Counted from the stretch's first letter, positions 18,391 to 29,216 are shown. The stretch: DNA of 64,000 nucleotides from a virus (IMGVR_UViG_3300033463_000023:32001-96000); one strand, 5' to 3'. Program-made: numbers and translations. Notes: generated by a model from the letters alone, not told the origin.

Positions 18391-21297
18391 CTATATGTAC
18401 ATCACCTCCATCGTCACGCTGCCCAGGCCCGTCCTGTTCGAGACGGTGTACTGCATCTTCCTGACGAACCCCGTCACGTCCCCCACCCTCACGCGCTTCG
18501 TCGTGTCCAGCGCCAGCAGCTGGGCGAGCGTCATCCGCGCCTCGATCCTGGCGATGCGGGCGTTGCGTACCCAGTACGAGTACTCCTTGTAGAACTGGTC
18601 GGCCAGTCCCCGCTGCCGCAGGTCCGCCTTCGAGATCTCCAGGTAGCGGCGGTTGTCGGCACCCTCCGGCCTCGCCGGGTCGTAGTACGGGTTCGGCTTC
18701 TCCGCGCGGAGCTTCAGCGAGAAGCGCCCCTCGGCGCTCTGCTCGTCCTCCTGCCCGTCGGCGGTGTAGTCCCAGAGGTTGCCGTACGAGTCGCAGGTGT
18801 CGGGGTGCGCCGTGACGGTGCTCCCCGGCTGTATCTCCCACGTGCTGTTGCCCTCCCCGTCGTCCGGGTCCGGGCCGTACTTCACCCCCGCGTCGCTGCC
18901 GCTGCCGCGCATGATGCCGAGCGTCAGCCCCCAGTCGTGCGTCTCCACGGGCGGCACGCCGTCGTCGTTGGGCTCGTAGTTGTCCTGCAGGTACAGGCGG
19001 TACCCCTCGTTGACGCAGCCCTCGACCTTCAGGCCGGTGATCCTGCCTATCATGTACACGTACTCGTTGAGCACCGGCGCCACCCTGTCCTCGAAGTTCG
19101 CCTCGAGGGTGGACGTGAGGCCCTCGGCGGAGACCTCCATGTCCGAGGTGATGGCGAACTCGCCCGGCTTCACGGTGCCCTCGGCCATCATCTTCGAGTA
19201 CACGAAGCTCCCGTCGTCGTCCCTGGCGTAGAGCTTCCCGTCCACGTCGTAGAGCGCCGTCGGGTCGTTGAAGTCCGTGTCGCCGGCGGAGGTGTCGGCC
19301 CTGCGGGGCCGCATCTTCTCGTCGACGAAGAGGGCGAAGCGCTGCGCGGCGTCGCCCTCGCGCTCGGCCTCCATGTTCAGGTCGTTCATGATCGCCGGCG
19401 TGAAGCCCGCGCTGACCTCCTCGACGGTGCCCTCCTCGCCGGTGCAGTCGCCGTCCTCGGCGTCCATGAACCCCGCGTACTCGAAGAGCGAGGGGTGCAG
19501 GTCGCGGTAGCGCTTGGCGTCCTTGTCGACCTTCACGCCGTAGGCGTTGCCCGTCACGGGGGTGACGTAGCACGTCTTGTTGAACGCCGACACCTTGTTG
19601 ATGACGCTGCCGTAGTCGGCGTCGAGGTCCCACTGCGAGTAGTCGTGGGTGTCGCTGTTGTCCGGCCACAGCGTCCTCTGGTGTATCAGCTTGTCGTTGA
19701 ATCCCTTGTAGTAGAAGTGCGTGTCCTCCGTGCCGGCGCCGTAGGTCATGCGGAAGCCCCGCACGGGGTTCTCCGTCTTCGTGCAGGAGAAGACGTCGCA
19801 GGCTATGTCCTGCACGCCGCCGTCGCGGAAGATGTTGCGCAGCAGCACGATGCGCACGCGCTTGTAGTCGTCGGAGAACAGGAACCGTATGCCGAAGCCG
19901 GCCTCCAGGGCCCTGACGACCTCCGATATCTCCGTGTCGGGGAAGCACTCGCTGGTGGCGTAGGCGTCGTGGAGCCAGCAGTTCTGGTCCTCGTACTGCT
20001 CCTTCGCCGCGTCGCCGACGGACAGCGCCTCCGCCGCCTCGACCTTCAGGCCGGTGATCCGCGGGATGTCCCCCTCCTCCACGTCCCTGACGTCGTATAC
20101 GAGGTCGGTGAGCGTGTAGTCCGTCACCTTGAACTTGCACTCCTCGGGCTTGATAAGGCTCTTCGGCGCCGTCCACGCGCCGGTCCCGGCGTCGCGGGGC
20201 CCGAGCTGCTCGGGCACGAGGCGGCGGAAGCTCCAGAACCTGTATACGCCGAACTCCGGCCCGAAGCCCGGCCCGGGCTCGCCCGTGCGGATGCGCTTGG
20301 GCACCCTGTAGGCGCACTTCGTGTTGACCATGAACAGCCGGCGCAGGTCCTCCACGCCCATCATCTGGTTCTCGTCGACGTGGATATCGAGGTGCTTCAT
20401 CAGGCACCTGAGCCAGTATATCACGAAGAAGTTCGGCGCGGAGTTCACGCGGTCGGCGGGCATCACCTCGTAGCCGCGCTGCGCCTCCGGCTCGGAGCCG
20501 TAGTCGACGGTGACGTTCCCCGCGGTGTCCGTCTTCTCGTAGCCGTAGCGCTGGTAGCAGAGGGCGACGTTGCAGAACGGGTGCACCGGCGTGCCGTTCT
20601 CGTCCTCCGTGTACGGGCTGTCGGTGTTCAGGTCGTTGACGTGCTTTTCGTAGCCGTCGCCGGCGTCGAACTCCCCCCTGGGGAACACCATGCGCGGGTA
20701 CTTCTGCACGGCGGCGGCCTCGCCCTCGGCCTCGAAGACCACGGGGTCGCCCTCCGGGCCCGTGCCGCCCTGCCGCACGTCCTTGGGGTGTATCTCCTCC
20801 TTCATGAAGCGCCTCGTGAACGAGAACACCGGCGTGGCCTTCAGCTTCAGTCCCACGCGCGTCCACCGCTCCCGCCACAGCGCCACGCCGAAGCGCACGT
20901 CGCCCATCAGCGGCACCTGGCTCGCCTTCGCCCCCTCGACCATCTCGTCGAAGGTCTTCTGCCCGGACTCGAACGTCACGTCGACGTTGCCGTCGTCGCC
21001 GACGTCCGCCTCGTCGCCGAGGGTGAGGTAGCCCAGGTACAGCGGCAGGTCGTCGGCCCACAGGCGGGCGCGGCGGCGGTGCAGCTGCTCGTGCAGCCGC
21101 GAGCCGTGGACGTCTCCGGCGGTGCCGAGGACGGCGGCGTTGGCCCGGACGTTCAGCGCGAACGAGTGCGTCCACACGTCGCCCCTGGCGAAGACGTCGC
21201 TGGTGACGGTGACGGTGACGCTCGCGTCGTCCGGCAGCGCGGCGAAGCGGCTGCCGGTACCCTCCAGGTCGAATATCTCAAGTGCGAGGTGCTCCAT
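18391..21297 (-). CDS. large putative tail tip/hub protein
   Basis: ATG at 21297 (MEHLALEIF) just downstream of the promoter motif; about 968 aa, beta-rich. Confidence 0.65.
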   Translation of the reverse strand: MEHLALEIFDLEGTGSRFAALPDDASVTVTVTSDVFARGDVWTHSFALNVRANAAVLGTAGDVHGSRLHEQLHRRRARLWADDLPLYLGYLTLGDEADVGDDGNVDVTFESGQKTFDEMVEGAKASQVPLMGDVRFGVALWRERWTRVGLKLKATPVFSFTRRFMKEEIHPKDVRQGGTGPEGDPVVFEAEGEAAAVQKYPRMVFPRGEFDAGDGYEKHVNDLNTDSPYTEDENGTPVHPFCNVALCYQRYGYEKTDTAGNVTVDYGSEPEAQRGYEVMPADRVNSAPNFFVIYWLRCLMKHLDIHVDENQMMGVEDLRRLFMVNTKCAYRVPKRIRTGEPGPGFGPEFGVYRFWSFRRLVPEQLGPRDAGTGAWTAPKSLIKPEECKFKVTDYTLTDLVYDVRDVEEGDIPRITGLKVEAAEALSVGDAAKEQYEDQNCWLHDAYATSECFPDTEISEVVRALEAGFGIRFLFSDDYKRVRIVLLRNIFRDGGVQDIACDVFSCTKTENPVRGFRMTYGAGTEDTHFYYKGFNDKLIHQRTLWPDNSDTHDYSQWDLDADYGSVINKVSAFNKTCYVTPVTGNAYGVKVDKDAKRYRDLHPSLFEYAGFMDAEDGDCTGEEGTVEEVSAGFTPAIMNDLNMEAEREGDAAQRFALFVDEKMRPRRADTSAGDTDFNDPTALYDVDGKLYARDDDGSFVYSKMMAEGTVKPGEFAITSDMEVSAEGLTSTLEANFEDRVAPVLNEYVYMIGRITGLKVEGCVNEGYRLYLQDNYEPNDDGVPPVETHDWGLTLGIMRGSGSDAGVKYGPDPDDGEGNSTWEIQPGSTVTAHPDTCDSYGNLWDYTADGQEDEQSAEGRFSLKLRAEKPNPYYDPARPEGADNRRYLEISKADLRQRGLADQFYKEYSYWVRNARIARIEARMTLAQLLALDTTKRVRVGDVTGFVRKMQYTVSNRTGLGSVTMEVMYI

Positions 21298-21316
21298 GTC
21301 CCTATGTTCTCTGTGG

Positions 21317-21409
21317 GCAAGATACGGCGCGCGGGCCGCGGGGTCAAGGGCAGCGCCCTTGACGCGCGCCCGCTGCCCTTGACTCCGCCGCCCGCCGGCG
21401 GTATATTCC
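21317..21409. promoter_or_regulatory. divergent pair of putative late promoters (TGCCCTTGA-N19-TAnnTT)
   Basis: Minus copy 21352-21317 and plus copy 21374-21409, both with a 19-nt spacer. Confidence 0.7.
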
Positions 21410-21425
21410 GCAAAAAGGACAGTAC

Positions 21426-22787
21426 ATGCCACGCACCTCGCCAGTACACTACCTGCAGCCGTCGGCCGTCAGCATCGTGCCGAACTGCAACCGCTCGGCC
21501 GACGACGTCGCCGTCGCCGTCGCGCGCGGGACGAAGATAAAGGTGTGGTCGCCCGGCGCCGGCATCGACATGGCCGGGGACACCTACCAGGAGTGGGAGC
21601 TCCGCGGCCGCAACCGCCGGCTGGCCGACGGCACGAGGCCGTACACGATCTACGCCCGCATCGGGAAGCCCCGCGGGGGCGGCGGGTCGTCGTTCACGTC
21701 GCCGGGCACGGTCCGGGATCCCGGCTACATCGTCTTCGCCCCGAAGAACGGCAGCGAGGGCGAGGGGTGGCGCGACAAGTACCCGTACGTCGCCCCGGCG
21801 GGGCTCGTCACGCCCGACGGCGCCGCGGACCCCGGCGACTACTGGTACGTCCGCATGGGCTACGTCACCCTCCCCGAGGAGGGGGCGGGCGGGGAGCGGC
21901 TCCGCACCGTCGTCTTCGACACGGGGATCCTGGGCACCGACCGCTTCAACACCGAGTGGGCACAGAACCCCGACCGCCTCAGGATCCCGTCGCGCGTGGA
22001 GAAGGTGGACCGCGGCGAGTGGGCCGCCACGAGGCCCGCCGTGCCGCAGCCCGCCGTGACGTACAACGGCCCGTCCGGCACGTACGCGCCCGACGGCACG
22101 CTCTCCGACGCGGCCCTCGCGGAGGAGGTCGCCGTGGGGAACCTCACCGAGCGCGACGCGGCGGCGGCCAGGGTCCTCAGGACGTGGGGCGGCGCGTACG
22201 TCCGCGGCGCGGAGATCCACGAGCCCTACCACCTCGAGGCGATGACGCGCGCGGGATGGGTGGCCCAGCGCCTCTCCGAGGCATGGGCGGGGTACACGGA
22301 CCTGGAGCTCTACGAGACGCTCCTGCAGTGGAACTTCACCCTCGAGACCAGCCGCGCCTGGAAGGGCGGCATCCTCTGGGAGTGCCTCGCCGACTGCACG
22401 CAGCAGGAGCCCGCCGTCGGCTGCACGGACTGGACGCCCGTCACCGCCGCCGCCGCGGACTACAGGATGGCGTTCTGCGACGCCACGGGGTACCCCTACA
22501 CCGAGGTCATCCCCTGCCGCCCGGGCTACGTCAGCCTGTTCGTCTCGCCGAGGGTCACCTTCGGCGACGAGGACATCACGCAGCAGGCCGACTCCTGGCA
22601 GTGGCACAAGTACGTCAACGCCTCCGAGGACACGGCGTGGTCGGCGACGCACACCTCGCGCGAGGTGATGATCACGGACGCGGACTTCCCCACGGCGTGG
22701 GGGCGCCAGACGGAGGTGGTGTTCGAGTGCGTGGCGACGTACGGCGCGCTCGACGTGGAGATAGCCAAGAAGGTAGGATTCAGATAA
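21426..22787 (+). CDS. putative tail-associated protein
   Basis: First gene of the plus-strand tail operon; PYTIYARI and WECLADCTQQEP motifs. Confidence 0.65.
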   Translation: MPRTSPVHYLQPSAVSIVPNCNRSADDVAVAVARGTKIKVWSPGAGIDMAGDTYQEWELRGRNRRLADGTRPYTIYARIGKPRGGGGSSFTSPGTVRDPGYIVFAPKNGSEGEGWRDKYPYVAPAGLVTPDGAADPGDYWYVRMGYVTLPEEGAGGERLRTVVFDTGILGTDRFNTEWAQNPDRLRIPSRVEKVDRGEWAATRPAVPQPAVTYNGPSGTYAPDGTLSDAALAEEVAVGNLTERDAAAARVLRTWGGAYVRGAEIHEPYHLEAMTRAGWVAQRLSEAWAGYTDLELYETLLQWNFTLETSRAWKGGILWECLADCTQQEPAVGCTDWTPVTAAAADYRMAFCDATGYPYTEVIPCRPGYVSLFVSPRVTFGDEDITQQADSWQWHKYVNASEDTAWSATHTSREVMITDADFPTAWGRQTEVVFECVATYGALDVEIAKKVGFR

Positions 22788-22794
22788 ACGGACG

Positions 22795-24102
22795 ATGAAG
22801 AGGATCAACACATCACAGATGAGCGTCAGCTCGGACATTGCCCCCCTCGACGAGGTGTTCCTCATCGAGAGCGTCGGCGGCAGGCTCATGGAGCAGTGGT
22901 ACTACGTCACCGAGGACGTGTGGTACCCCGACCGCAAGATGTCGAGCGTGCCGCTGCAGCTCCGCCCGTCGCTCCAGCTCACGAACCCCGACACGCGGCA
23001 GCGCTACGTCGTAGACATGTCCGCCGCCACGACGACGGTGCGGTGGTACTACAGGGAGGGCAGCGGCGCCGAGACGCTGGTCACGAACACCGTGGAGAGC
23101 CTGTCGGCGGACTACACCGTCAAGGCCAACGGCGACCTCGTGGTGAGGAAGAACGTCGCCTACAGCAGCCCCGTCACGCTGCGCTGCCAGGTCGCCTACG
23201 CCGAGCCGCGCACCGGCGGCGCGGAGAGCACGGGGAAGAGCGTCGTGCTCCGCACGAACCAGGACGCCAAGACGATGTACTCCGTGCACCTGACGGCCAT
23301 GGACGGCGCGTCGTTCTCGCCGCTGGCCGGCGACGGCCACCTGAAGCGGTTCATGGCGGCGGCGTTCCTCGGCGACGTCGACGTGACGGACGAGGTGTAC
23401 ATGTTCCACTGGTTCCTGGACGACGGCACCGGGGAGCAGGCCGCCGACGGCATGCCCGGCTTCGAGGGCTACTCCGACGAGGCCGGCGAGAGCCGCCGCC
23501 GCTACCTGACGCTCGACATGGACTACATACAGTCGGCGCAGCTGACCCTCCGCGTGAGGGCCCGCAGCACCGACGCGGACCTGAAGCCGTGCAGCGACGG
23601 CGCCGCGCTGGCGTGGCGCGTGCCGAAGCTCATCAGCGGCACCTACTCCCCCGAAGGCAACACCGTGCGCCAGGACGCCTCGGGCATGATGACGTTCCGC
23701 CAGAGCATACGCACCAGCGGCGGCGAGATCCCCGAGGACATCCTCAGGAAGTACGTCGCCGTGGAGTGGACGATGCGCGACGGCAGCGGCCGCGAGACCG
23801 CCGTCGGCACGGGCCCGGAGGTCCGCATCCCGGCGCAGGCGCTGCGCAACGAGCCCGCGGCGCCGTCGGTGGTGACGGAGGACCTGCAGGTGGTCCACGC
23901 CACGGGCGGCGAGACGAGGATGGTCACCGTCGCCGTCTCCGGCGAGACGCGCGCCGTCGTCCACACCGTCACGACGGAGGACAGCGGCATGAAGGCCTCC
24001 AGCGTCAGGGCGGACGTGTACCTCAGGAACGAGTGCTGCCTCGTCACGCAGGGCGGCGCGCAGGTGACGCAGGGCGGGAAGGACGTGATAACGATGGCAT
24101 GA
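22795..24102 (+). CDS. putative tail/baseplate Ig-like protein
   Basis: Beta-rich, QWY...WYPDR motif; operon spacing. Confidence 0.65.
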   Translation: MKRINTSQMSVSSDIAPLDEVFLIESVGGRLMEQWYYVTEDVWYPDRKMSSVPLQLRPSLQLTNPDTRQRYVVDMSAATTTVRWYYREGSGAETLVTNTVESLSADYTVKANGDLVVRKNVAYSSPVTLRCQVAYAEPRTGGAESTGKSVVLRTNQDAKTMYSVHLTAMDGASFSPLAGDGHLKRFMAAAFLGDVDVTDEVYMFHWFLDDGTGEQAADGMPGFEGYSDEAGESRRRYLTLDMDYIQSAQLTLRVRARSTDADLKPCSDGAALAWRVPKLISGTYSPEGNTVRQDASGMMTFRQSIRTSGGEIPEDILRKYVAVEWTMRDGSGRETAVGTGPEVRIPAQALRNEPAAPSVVTEDLQVVHATGGETRMVTVAVSGETRAVVHTVTTEDSGMKASSVRADVYLRNECCLVTQGGAQVTQGGKDVITMA

Positions 24103-24133
24103 CACAACATAACAAAAGGAAAGGGAAAGCGAT

Positions 24134-24424
24134 ATGGAAGGGAACGCAGTATACCTCGTGACGGAGGAGGTGGCCAGGAGGGCCGGCGTCCAGGACACGG
24201 CCTACGTGACCGCCGACGGGCGGTACGTCATCGACCTCGCCGACTTCAAGCGGCTGAGGATGACGGCGGAGGAGTACATCACCGGCGTCGCCGGCGTGGA
24301 GAGGATCACGGCCGAGGAGTCCAGGGTCCTCGTCATGGAGAACGGCTACCGCCGCGCCGCCGACACGGCGGCGGAGGACGGAGCCGGCAGTACGGAGACG
24401 GACACTAACCAGGGGGAGGAGTAG
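24134..24424 (+). CDS. hypothetical protein
   Basis: Operon spacing. Confidence 0.65.
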   Translation: MEGNAVYLVTEEVARRAGVQDTAYVTADGRYVIDLADFKRLRMTAEEYITGVAGVERITAEESRVLVMENGYRRAADTAAEDGAGSTETDTNQGEE

Positions 24425-24427
24425 CGC

Positions 24428-25633
24428 ATGGGAACGATATCAAGCCAGTTCTGCATCACGAGCATCGTGGACGGCATGACCATCCACGGGTCGCTCTGGA
24501 GCGACAAGTCCCTCACGCAGTACATGGACGCCGAGGGCGCGGCCGTCCCGAAGTGGGACACGAACACCGGCCCCACGATATGGCTCACGGTGCTGAAGGG
24601 CATCCAGGAGGTGTCGCCGATAGACTACACGTGGTACTACAACGGCCAGGAGATCACCGACGACCCGGCCTGGGCGGCGATGTTCGTCAGGCGCGAGCAG
24701 GCCGGCGAGCACGGCGTCGTCGTGCCGACGCTGAAGATCATCAGGGACCTCGCCACGCCGGGCAACCGCGACCTCGACGTGATCACCCTCAAGGGGCGCA
24801 TCGAGTCCAACGGCACGCCCGTGGAGTTCTCCGCGAGCATCGAGGTGAGGATCTGCGCCCTGTCGGGCTCCGGCTACGGCGCGGTGTTCCACTTCCCCGA
24901 CGGCGGCGCCATCAACGACGCCGGCGAGCACATCCGCATCGTCGCCGGCCTGGTGAAGGACATCAGCGAGCTCACCGCCGACTTCCCCGGCCAGGCCGGG
25001 CAGTACACCGTGGAGTGGTACGTCAACTACGACGAGCAGGTGACGCAGTCCTCGCAGCAGGCCGCCGCCTCCTACTACGGCAAGTCGAAGGCCTCCCCGG
25101 GCGACGCCTCGTGGAAGCCGTGCCTGTGGCTCTACGAGGGCGACGTGACGGACAAGACCGTCGTGCGCTGCGTCTTCAAGGACCTCGAGGGAAACGTCCT
25201 CTACTGGGACACGGTGGAGGTCGACGACGAGCAGGACCCCGACCAGCTCTACATCATGTACGACACGGACACCGTCGACGACGGCAGCCCGGTGTCGCTG
25301 CACAGGGGCCAGACGGTGAACCTGAAGTTCTGGGTGGCCACCGGCGACGACCACAAGAACCTCGTCAAGAACGGCCGCTACACGACGTACAAGGCCATGC
25401 TCCTGAAGGCCGACGGCAGCGCCCTGACGCAGGGCACCGGCGGCTGGGTGACGCTGCGCGAGGAGGGCGACACCATCGTCGTCAAGGCCGGCGTCGCCAC
25501 CGGGTCGGTGACGATGAAGCGGCAGACCGTCACCGTCGAGGACGCGGCGCTCTCCGGCGGCACGTGCACCGTCGGCTACGAGGCCGTGACGGGCTGCGGC
25601 GGCACGATAACGGGGCTCATAAAGGCAGAGTAG
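24428..25633 (+). CDS. putative tail/baseplate Ig-like protein
   Basis: Beta-rich; YTWYYNG, TLKIIRDLA motifs. Confidence 0.65.
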   Translation: MGTISSQFCITSIVDGMTIHGSLWSDKSLTQYMDAEGAAVPKWDTNTGPTIWLTVLKGIQEVSPIDYTWYYNGQEITDDPAWAAMFVRREQAGEHGVVVPTLKIIRDLATPGNRDLDVITLKGRIESNGTPVEFSASIEVRICALSGSGYGAVFHFPDGGAINDAGEHIRIVAGLVKDISELTADFPGQAGQYTVEWYVNYDEQVTQSSQQAAASYYGKSKASPGDASWKPCLWLYEGDVTDKTVVRCVFKDLEGNVLYWDTVEVDDEQDPDQLYIMYDTDTVDDGSPVSLHRGQTVNLKFWVATGDDHKNLVKNGRYTTYKAMLLKADGSALTQGTGGWVTLREEGDTIVVKAGVATGSVTMKRQTVTVEDAALSGGTCTVGYEAVTGCGGTITGLIKAE

Positions 25634-25636
25634 CGC

Positions 25637-28600
25637 ATGGAGAAGGTGATAACGAACAAGTTCTGCGTGACGTCCGTCTACGACGGCGAGGACGGCAGGG
25701 ACGCCGCCGCGCTGGAGATATCCCCCAACCCGATCGTCTTCAACGGCGACAGCAACGGCGCCGTCAGCCGCGGCGGCACCGCGACGCCCGTCACCGTGCA
25801 GATGCGCGTCGGCGGCGGCAGCCCCGTGCAGCTCCGCGACATCGTGGCGGTGACCACGCCGCCGGGCGTGGAGTTCAGGACGTACTCCTCCGGCAGCTCG
25901 CAGGGCGGCGCGGCCCCGTCAAACCTCGGCACGCTCCGCTACCGCGTCGGGCTGATCAGCGACCCCCACTACAACGCCGAGGGCGACGACACGGAGTTCG
26001 CCGGCGACATCGAGAACGCCATGGACTACTTCGACTCGCTCGCGTCGATGGCCTTCTCGTGCTGCTGCGGCGACGTCTGCGACACGATGAACGAGGACCT
26101 CGTGATGTTCACGAGGCTCTGGGCGAACAAGGCGAAGTGCCTGAACGGCGCCGGCTGGCCGTCCGGCGGGAAGACGGGCTTCCAGCTGATCAGGCCGCAG
26201 GGCGGAATCATGCCGAAGCCGAGCATGAGGCTGATGACGTGCCTCGGGAACCACGACGTGAGGCAGGTGTTCGGCCAGACGTCGAACGGCTACAACGACC
26301 CCAGGACGGGAAACAAGTGGAACGGCGTGGCGCGCCTGAAGTACCTTCCGGACAGCACGCAGCCGACGTGGGTGACCACGTGGGAGGACGAGGGGCAGCG
26401 GCCGGGGCTCACCGCCTCGGACCAGTGGACCAACGAGTACAACAACCCGACGAACCGCGACTACTCCGTGGAGAACCTCAAGGAGTACATCGGCGAGGGC
26501 AACGCCGGCGAAAGCGACATCTACTTCCTCGGGTACGACGATATATGGAACCCGGGCGCGGGATGGGGCATCTACAACAGCGTGACCGCCGCGTCGGGAG
26601 GCTGGAGCATAAGGAGCATGCGCTCGAAGATGAACTTCTACCACGTGAAGGGCAGCGACCTGTTCGTGTTCATATCCGCGGACTACGGCACGGACCCGAA
26701 CGTCGACCAGTGCTGGAGGTTCGACCACGCGATAAACCTGCTCGACATGAACGACGCCTACGCGCAGCAGGTGGAGAGCTACGTCATCCAGCAGGAGAAC
26801 GCGCTCGGCGACCCGAACAAGTACAGCCGCGCCGCCGAGTACGGCTTCAACTACCAGATATACGACTGCCGCGCGCTCCTGTTCCTGAAGAAGGTGCTGG
26901 AGGACAACTACGCGTCGAAGCGGATATTCGTCTTCTCGCACCACTACTTCCCGCACAAGGCGGGCAACGGCAAGAGCAACGCGCACGTGGACGGCGGTAC
27001 GGGGTACTACTGCTCGAAGGACCACGTCCGCCCGTTCCAGTCGCCCATGGACTACGGCTCGCAGTGCGGCAGCTACGACCTCTGCGGCGTGCAGTTCCAC
27101 TTCCTGAACGTCCTGAACAGGCTCTACCCGAAGGCCGTGTGGTTCACCGGCCACTCCCACTTCATCTGGCAGGACAAGGACAGCGACCCGTTCATGAACT
27201 TCTGCGACGGCGACTTCGACTACAAGAAGCCGACGGCTAACGACAGCGCCACGAACTACAACGGCTCCTCCGGCGTGCCGGCGTTCTACACCAGGACGTC
27301 CGACGACCGGGTGGCGAAGACCGCGTGGAACGTGCACCTGCCGAGCCTTTCGAGACCGAAGACGCTCTCCACGGGCCAGGAGATGAGGAAGGGGAACTGG
27401 AGCCAGGGCGCGGTCATGGAGGTGTACGACGACTACGTGAAGATCATAGGCCTGTCGTTCAAGGACGACGGCAGCGGCGGCGGCTACTACGGCCACACGG
27501 ACGGCAGCGGGAAGTTCGTCCCCGAGCCGAGGGAGATAACGAACCTGATCGTCAGGAAGAGCGACGGCAAGGGCTGGGTGGACGGCTACGAGCAGGAGTC
27601 GGCGTCGTCCTACACGGACACGCCGCTCGTCATCAGCGGCGACACGGCCGCCGGCACCATCACCGCCGAGGGCGCGAGGGACGCCGTCGAGGGGCTGCTG
27701 ACGGTCACGCTGCGGGACGTCAGCGGCAACGAGGCCAGCGGCTCCGCCACCGTCACCGTCCATGCCGACACGGGCGGCCAGGCAGGACCGCCGGGCGCCG
27801 AGTACAAGGTGCTCAGCGAGAAGACCTTCTACTGCCGGACGGCATCGTCGTCCGCGCCCGCGCAGCCGACGACGAAGTCGCCGGGCAGCGGGTTCGTCGA
27901 CGGCTCCGGCAACAGCTGGTCCGTGACGCCGCCGATACCGTACGTGTCGGAGCCCTTCGTCTGGAAGTGCACCTTCACCACCTTCCAGCTGACGGCGGTG
28001 GACTTCAGGTGGGGCGACGTGGAGCCCTTCGAGACCTACCAGCCGCAGACGCGCATCCTCACCTACGTGGAGTGGGAAGCGTTCTTCGCCCCCGGCGCGG
28101 ACAACAGGATATACAGGGGAGACCCCGGCGAGCCGTACAAGGACCTGTACCTCGACACGCACCAGGAGGCGTTCTACGAGTGCATCAAGTCAGGCAACGC
28201 GACGCCGTACATCGCCCCCGGCGGCACCGGCAGCTGGGAGGAGTACTGGAAGGCCGGCACGTACTTCGCCTCCGTCGGCGTGGGCCTGCTGGCCGTCGTC
28301 AAGGCGCACGTGAAGGAGCTCGTCGTGGGCATGCTCCAGACGGAGATGAGCCAGGACGGCATCTGCATCTCCATCTCCGGCGGCCTCATGCGCGCCACCT
28401 ACGCCGCGTCGAACCAGTACGCGGAGTTCGGCGTCAGGGAGACGGCCGACGGCACGAAGATCCTCTGCCTGAACTTCTACAAGGACGGCGACCTGCTGCT
28501 GGCGCTCGGACCCGACGACATCTACAGCCACATGACGGTGAGGGAGTCGGCGTACGAGGCGGTGTCAGCGAAGCGGAGCGCCTCGAGCAACACCGGCGGC

Positions 28601-28954
28601 ACGAAGCTCAACCCGGCAACGACGGGCGACACGATATACCGGTTCACCGAGGGCATCCAGTCCGTCGGCGGCGTGAAGAAGTACGCCGTGTCGCAGTCCA
28701 CGAAGCCCTCCGTCTTCGACGCGAAGTACCTGGCGCAGCAGTACTCCGACGCCACCCTCCGGGGCTCCTCGTCGACGCTCCAGAACAGGAAGGCGCAGGA
28801 CGGCTGGTACCTCTACGAGGCGTCCGGCGGCACCGCCAGGGAGATGCACGTCGTGGACGGCGTGGTGACGGAGCGGAACTACATCAAGTACAACACCAGG
28901 ACGTACGTGATCAACGAATGGGGCCCGGAGATGGACTACGACAGGGAGGCATGA
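25637..28954 (+). CDS. tail-associated protein with embedded metallophosphoesterase domain
   Basis: SDPH, GD, GNHD, SHH and GHSH motifs between structural beta-rich N- and C-terminal regions. Confidence 0.8.
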   Translation: MEKVITNKFCVTSVYDGEDGRDAAALEISPNPIVFNGDSNGAVSRGGTATPVTVQMRVGGGSPVQLRDIVAVTTPPGVEFRTYSSGSSQGGAAPSNLGTLRYRVGLISDPHYNAEGDDTEFAGDIENAMDYFDSLASMAFSCCCGDVCDTMNEDLVMFTRLWANKAKCLNGAGWPSGGKTGFQLIRPQGGIMPKPSMRLMTCLGNHDVRQVFGQTSNGYNDPRTGNKWNGVARLKYLPDSTQPTWVTTWEDEGQRPGLTASDQWTNEYNNPTNRDYSVENLKEYIGEGNAGESDIYFLGYDDIWNPGAGWGIYNSVTAASGGWSIRSMRSKMNFYHVKGSDLFVFISADYGTDPNVDQCWRFDHAINLLDMNDAYAQQVESYVIQQENALGDPNKYSRAAEYGFNYQIYDCRALLFLKKVLEDNYASKRIFVFSHHYFPHKAGNGKSNAHVDGGTGYYCSKDHVRPFQSPMDYGSQCGSYDLCGVQFHFLNVLNRLYPKAVWFTGHSHFIWQDKDSDPFMNFCDGDFDYKKPTANDSATNYNGSSGVPAFYTRTSDDRVAKTAWNVHLPSLSRPKTLSTGQEMRKGNWSQGAVMEVYDDYVKIIGLSFKDDGSGGGYYGHTDGSGKFVPEPREITNLIVRKSDGKGWVDGYEQESASSYTDTPLVISGDTAAGTITAEGARDAVEGLLTVTLRDVSGNEASGSATVTVHADTGGQAGPPGAEYKVLSEKTFYCRTASSSAPAQPTTKSPGSGFVDGSGNSWSVTPPIPYVSEPFVWKCTFTTFQLTAVDFRWGDVEPFETYQPQTRILTYVEWEAFFAPGADNRIYRGDPGEPYKDLYLDTHQEAFYECIKSGNATPYIAPGGTGSWEEYWKAGTYFASVGVGLLAVVKAHVKELVVGMLQTEMSQDGICISISGGLMRATYAASNQYAEFGVRETADGTKILCLNFYKDGDLLLALGPDDIYSHMTVRESAYEAVSAKRSASSNTGGTKLNPATTGDTIYRFTEGIQSVGGVKKYAVSQSTKPSVFDAKYLAQQYSDATLRGSSSTLQNRKAQDGWYLYEASGGTAREMHVVDGVVTERNYIKYNTRTYVINEWGPEMDYDREA

Positions 28955-28988
28955 CACATCTTTTAATTAACATAGAAACAGCACGATT

Positions 28989-29216
28989 ATGGAAGAGACA
29001 ACGAAACTGAGCAGGCTGACCGTCGACATGGGAGGCCGCATGTACGAGCTCGACGGGGGCGGCGGCGGATCGCAGCCGGGACCTAACACCGTCGGGACGG
29101 AGGAACTGAAGGACGGCGCCGTGGAGATGCAGGACCTCCACGACGACGTGAGGGGCACGATGCTCACCGGCGACGACCGCGTGTCGCAGGGTGACCTTGA
29201 CAGGTTCGAGGTATGA
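28989..29216 (+). CDS. small protein with PGPNTVGTEELKDGAVEMQDL motif
   Basis: Paralogous to the C-terminus of 43696..43944. Confidence 0.7.
   Translation: MEETTKLSRLTVDMGGRMYELDGGGGGSQPGPNTVGTEELKDGAVEMQDLHDDVRGTMLTGDDRVSQGDLDRFEV

Noticed and set aside
18373-21540. 1055-aa plus-strand ORF and 932-aa alternative minus frame
   Set aside because: Shadow ORFs of a GC3-rich gene, with R/G/V/H-biased composition
24553-29010. Long Arg-rich alternative-frame ORFs (895 aa, 561 aa) and an antisense 747-aa ORF
   Set aside because: High-GC artefacts overlapping well-supported genes
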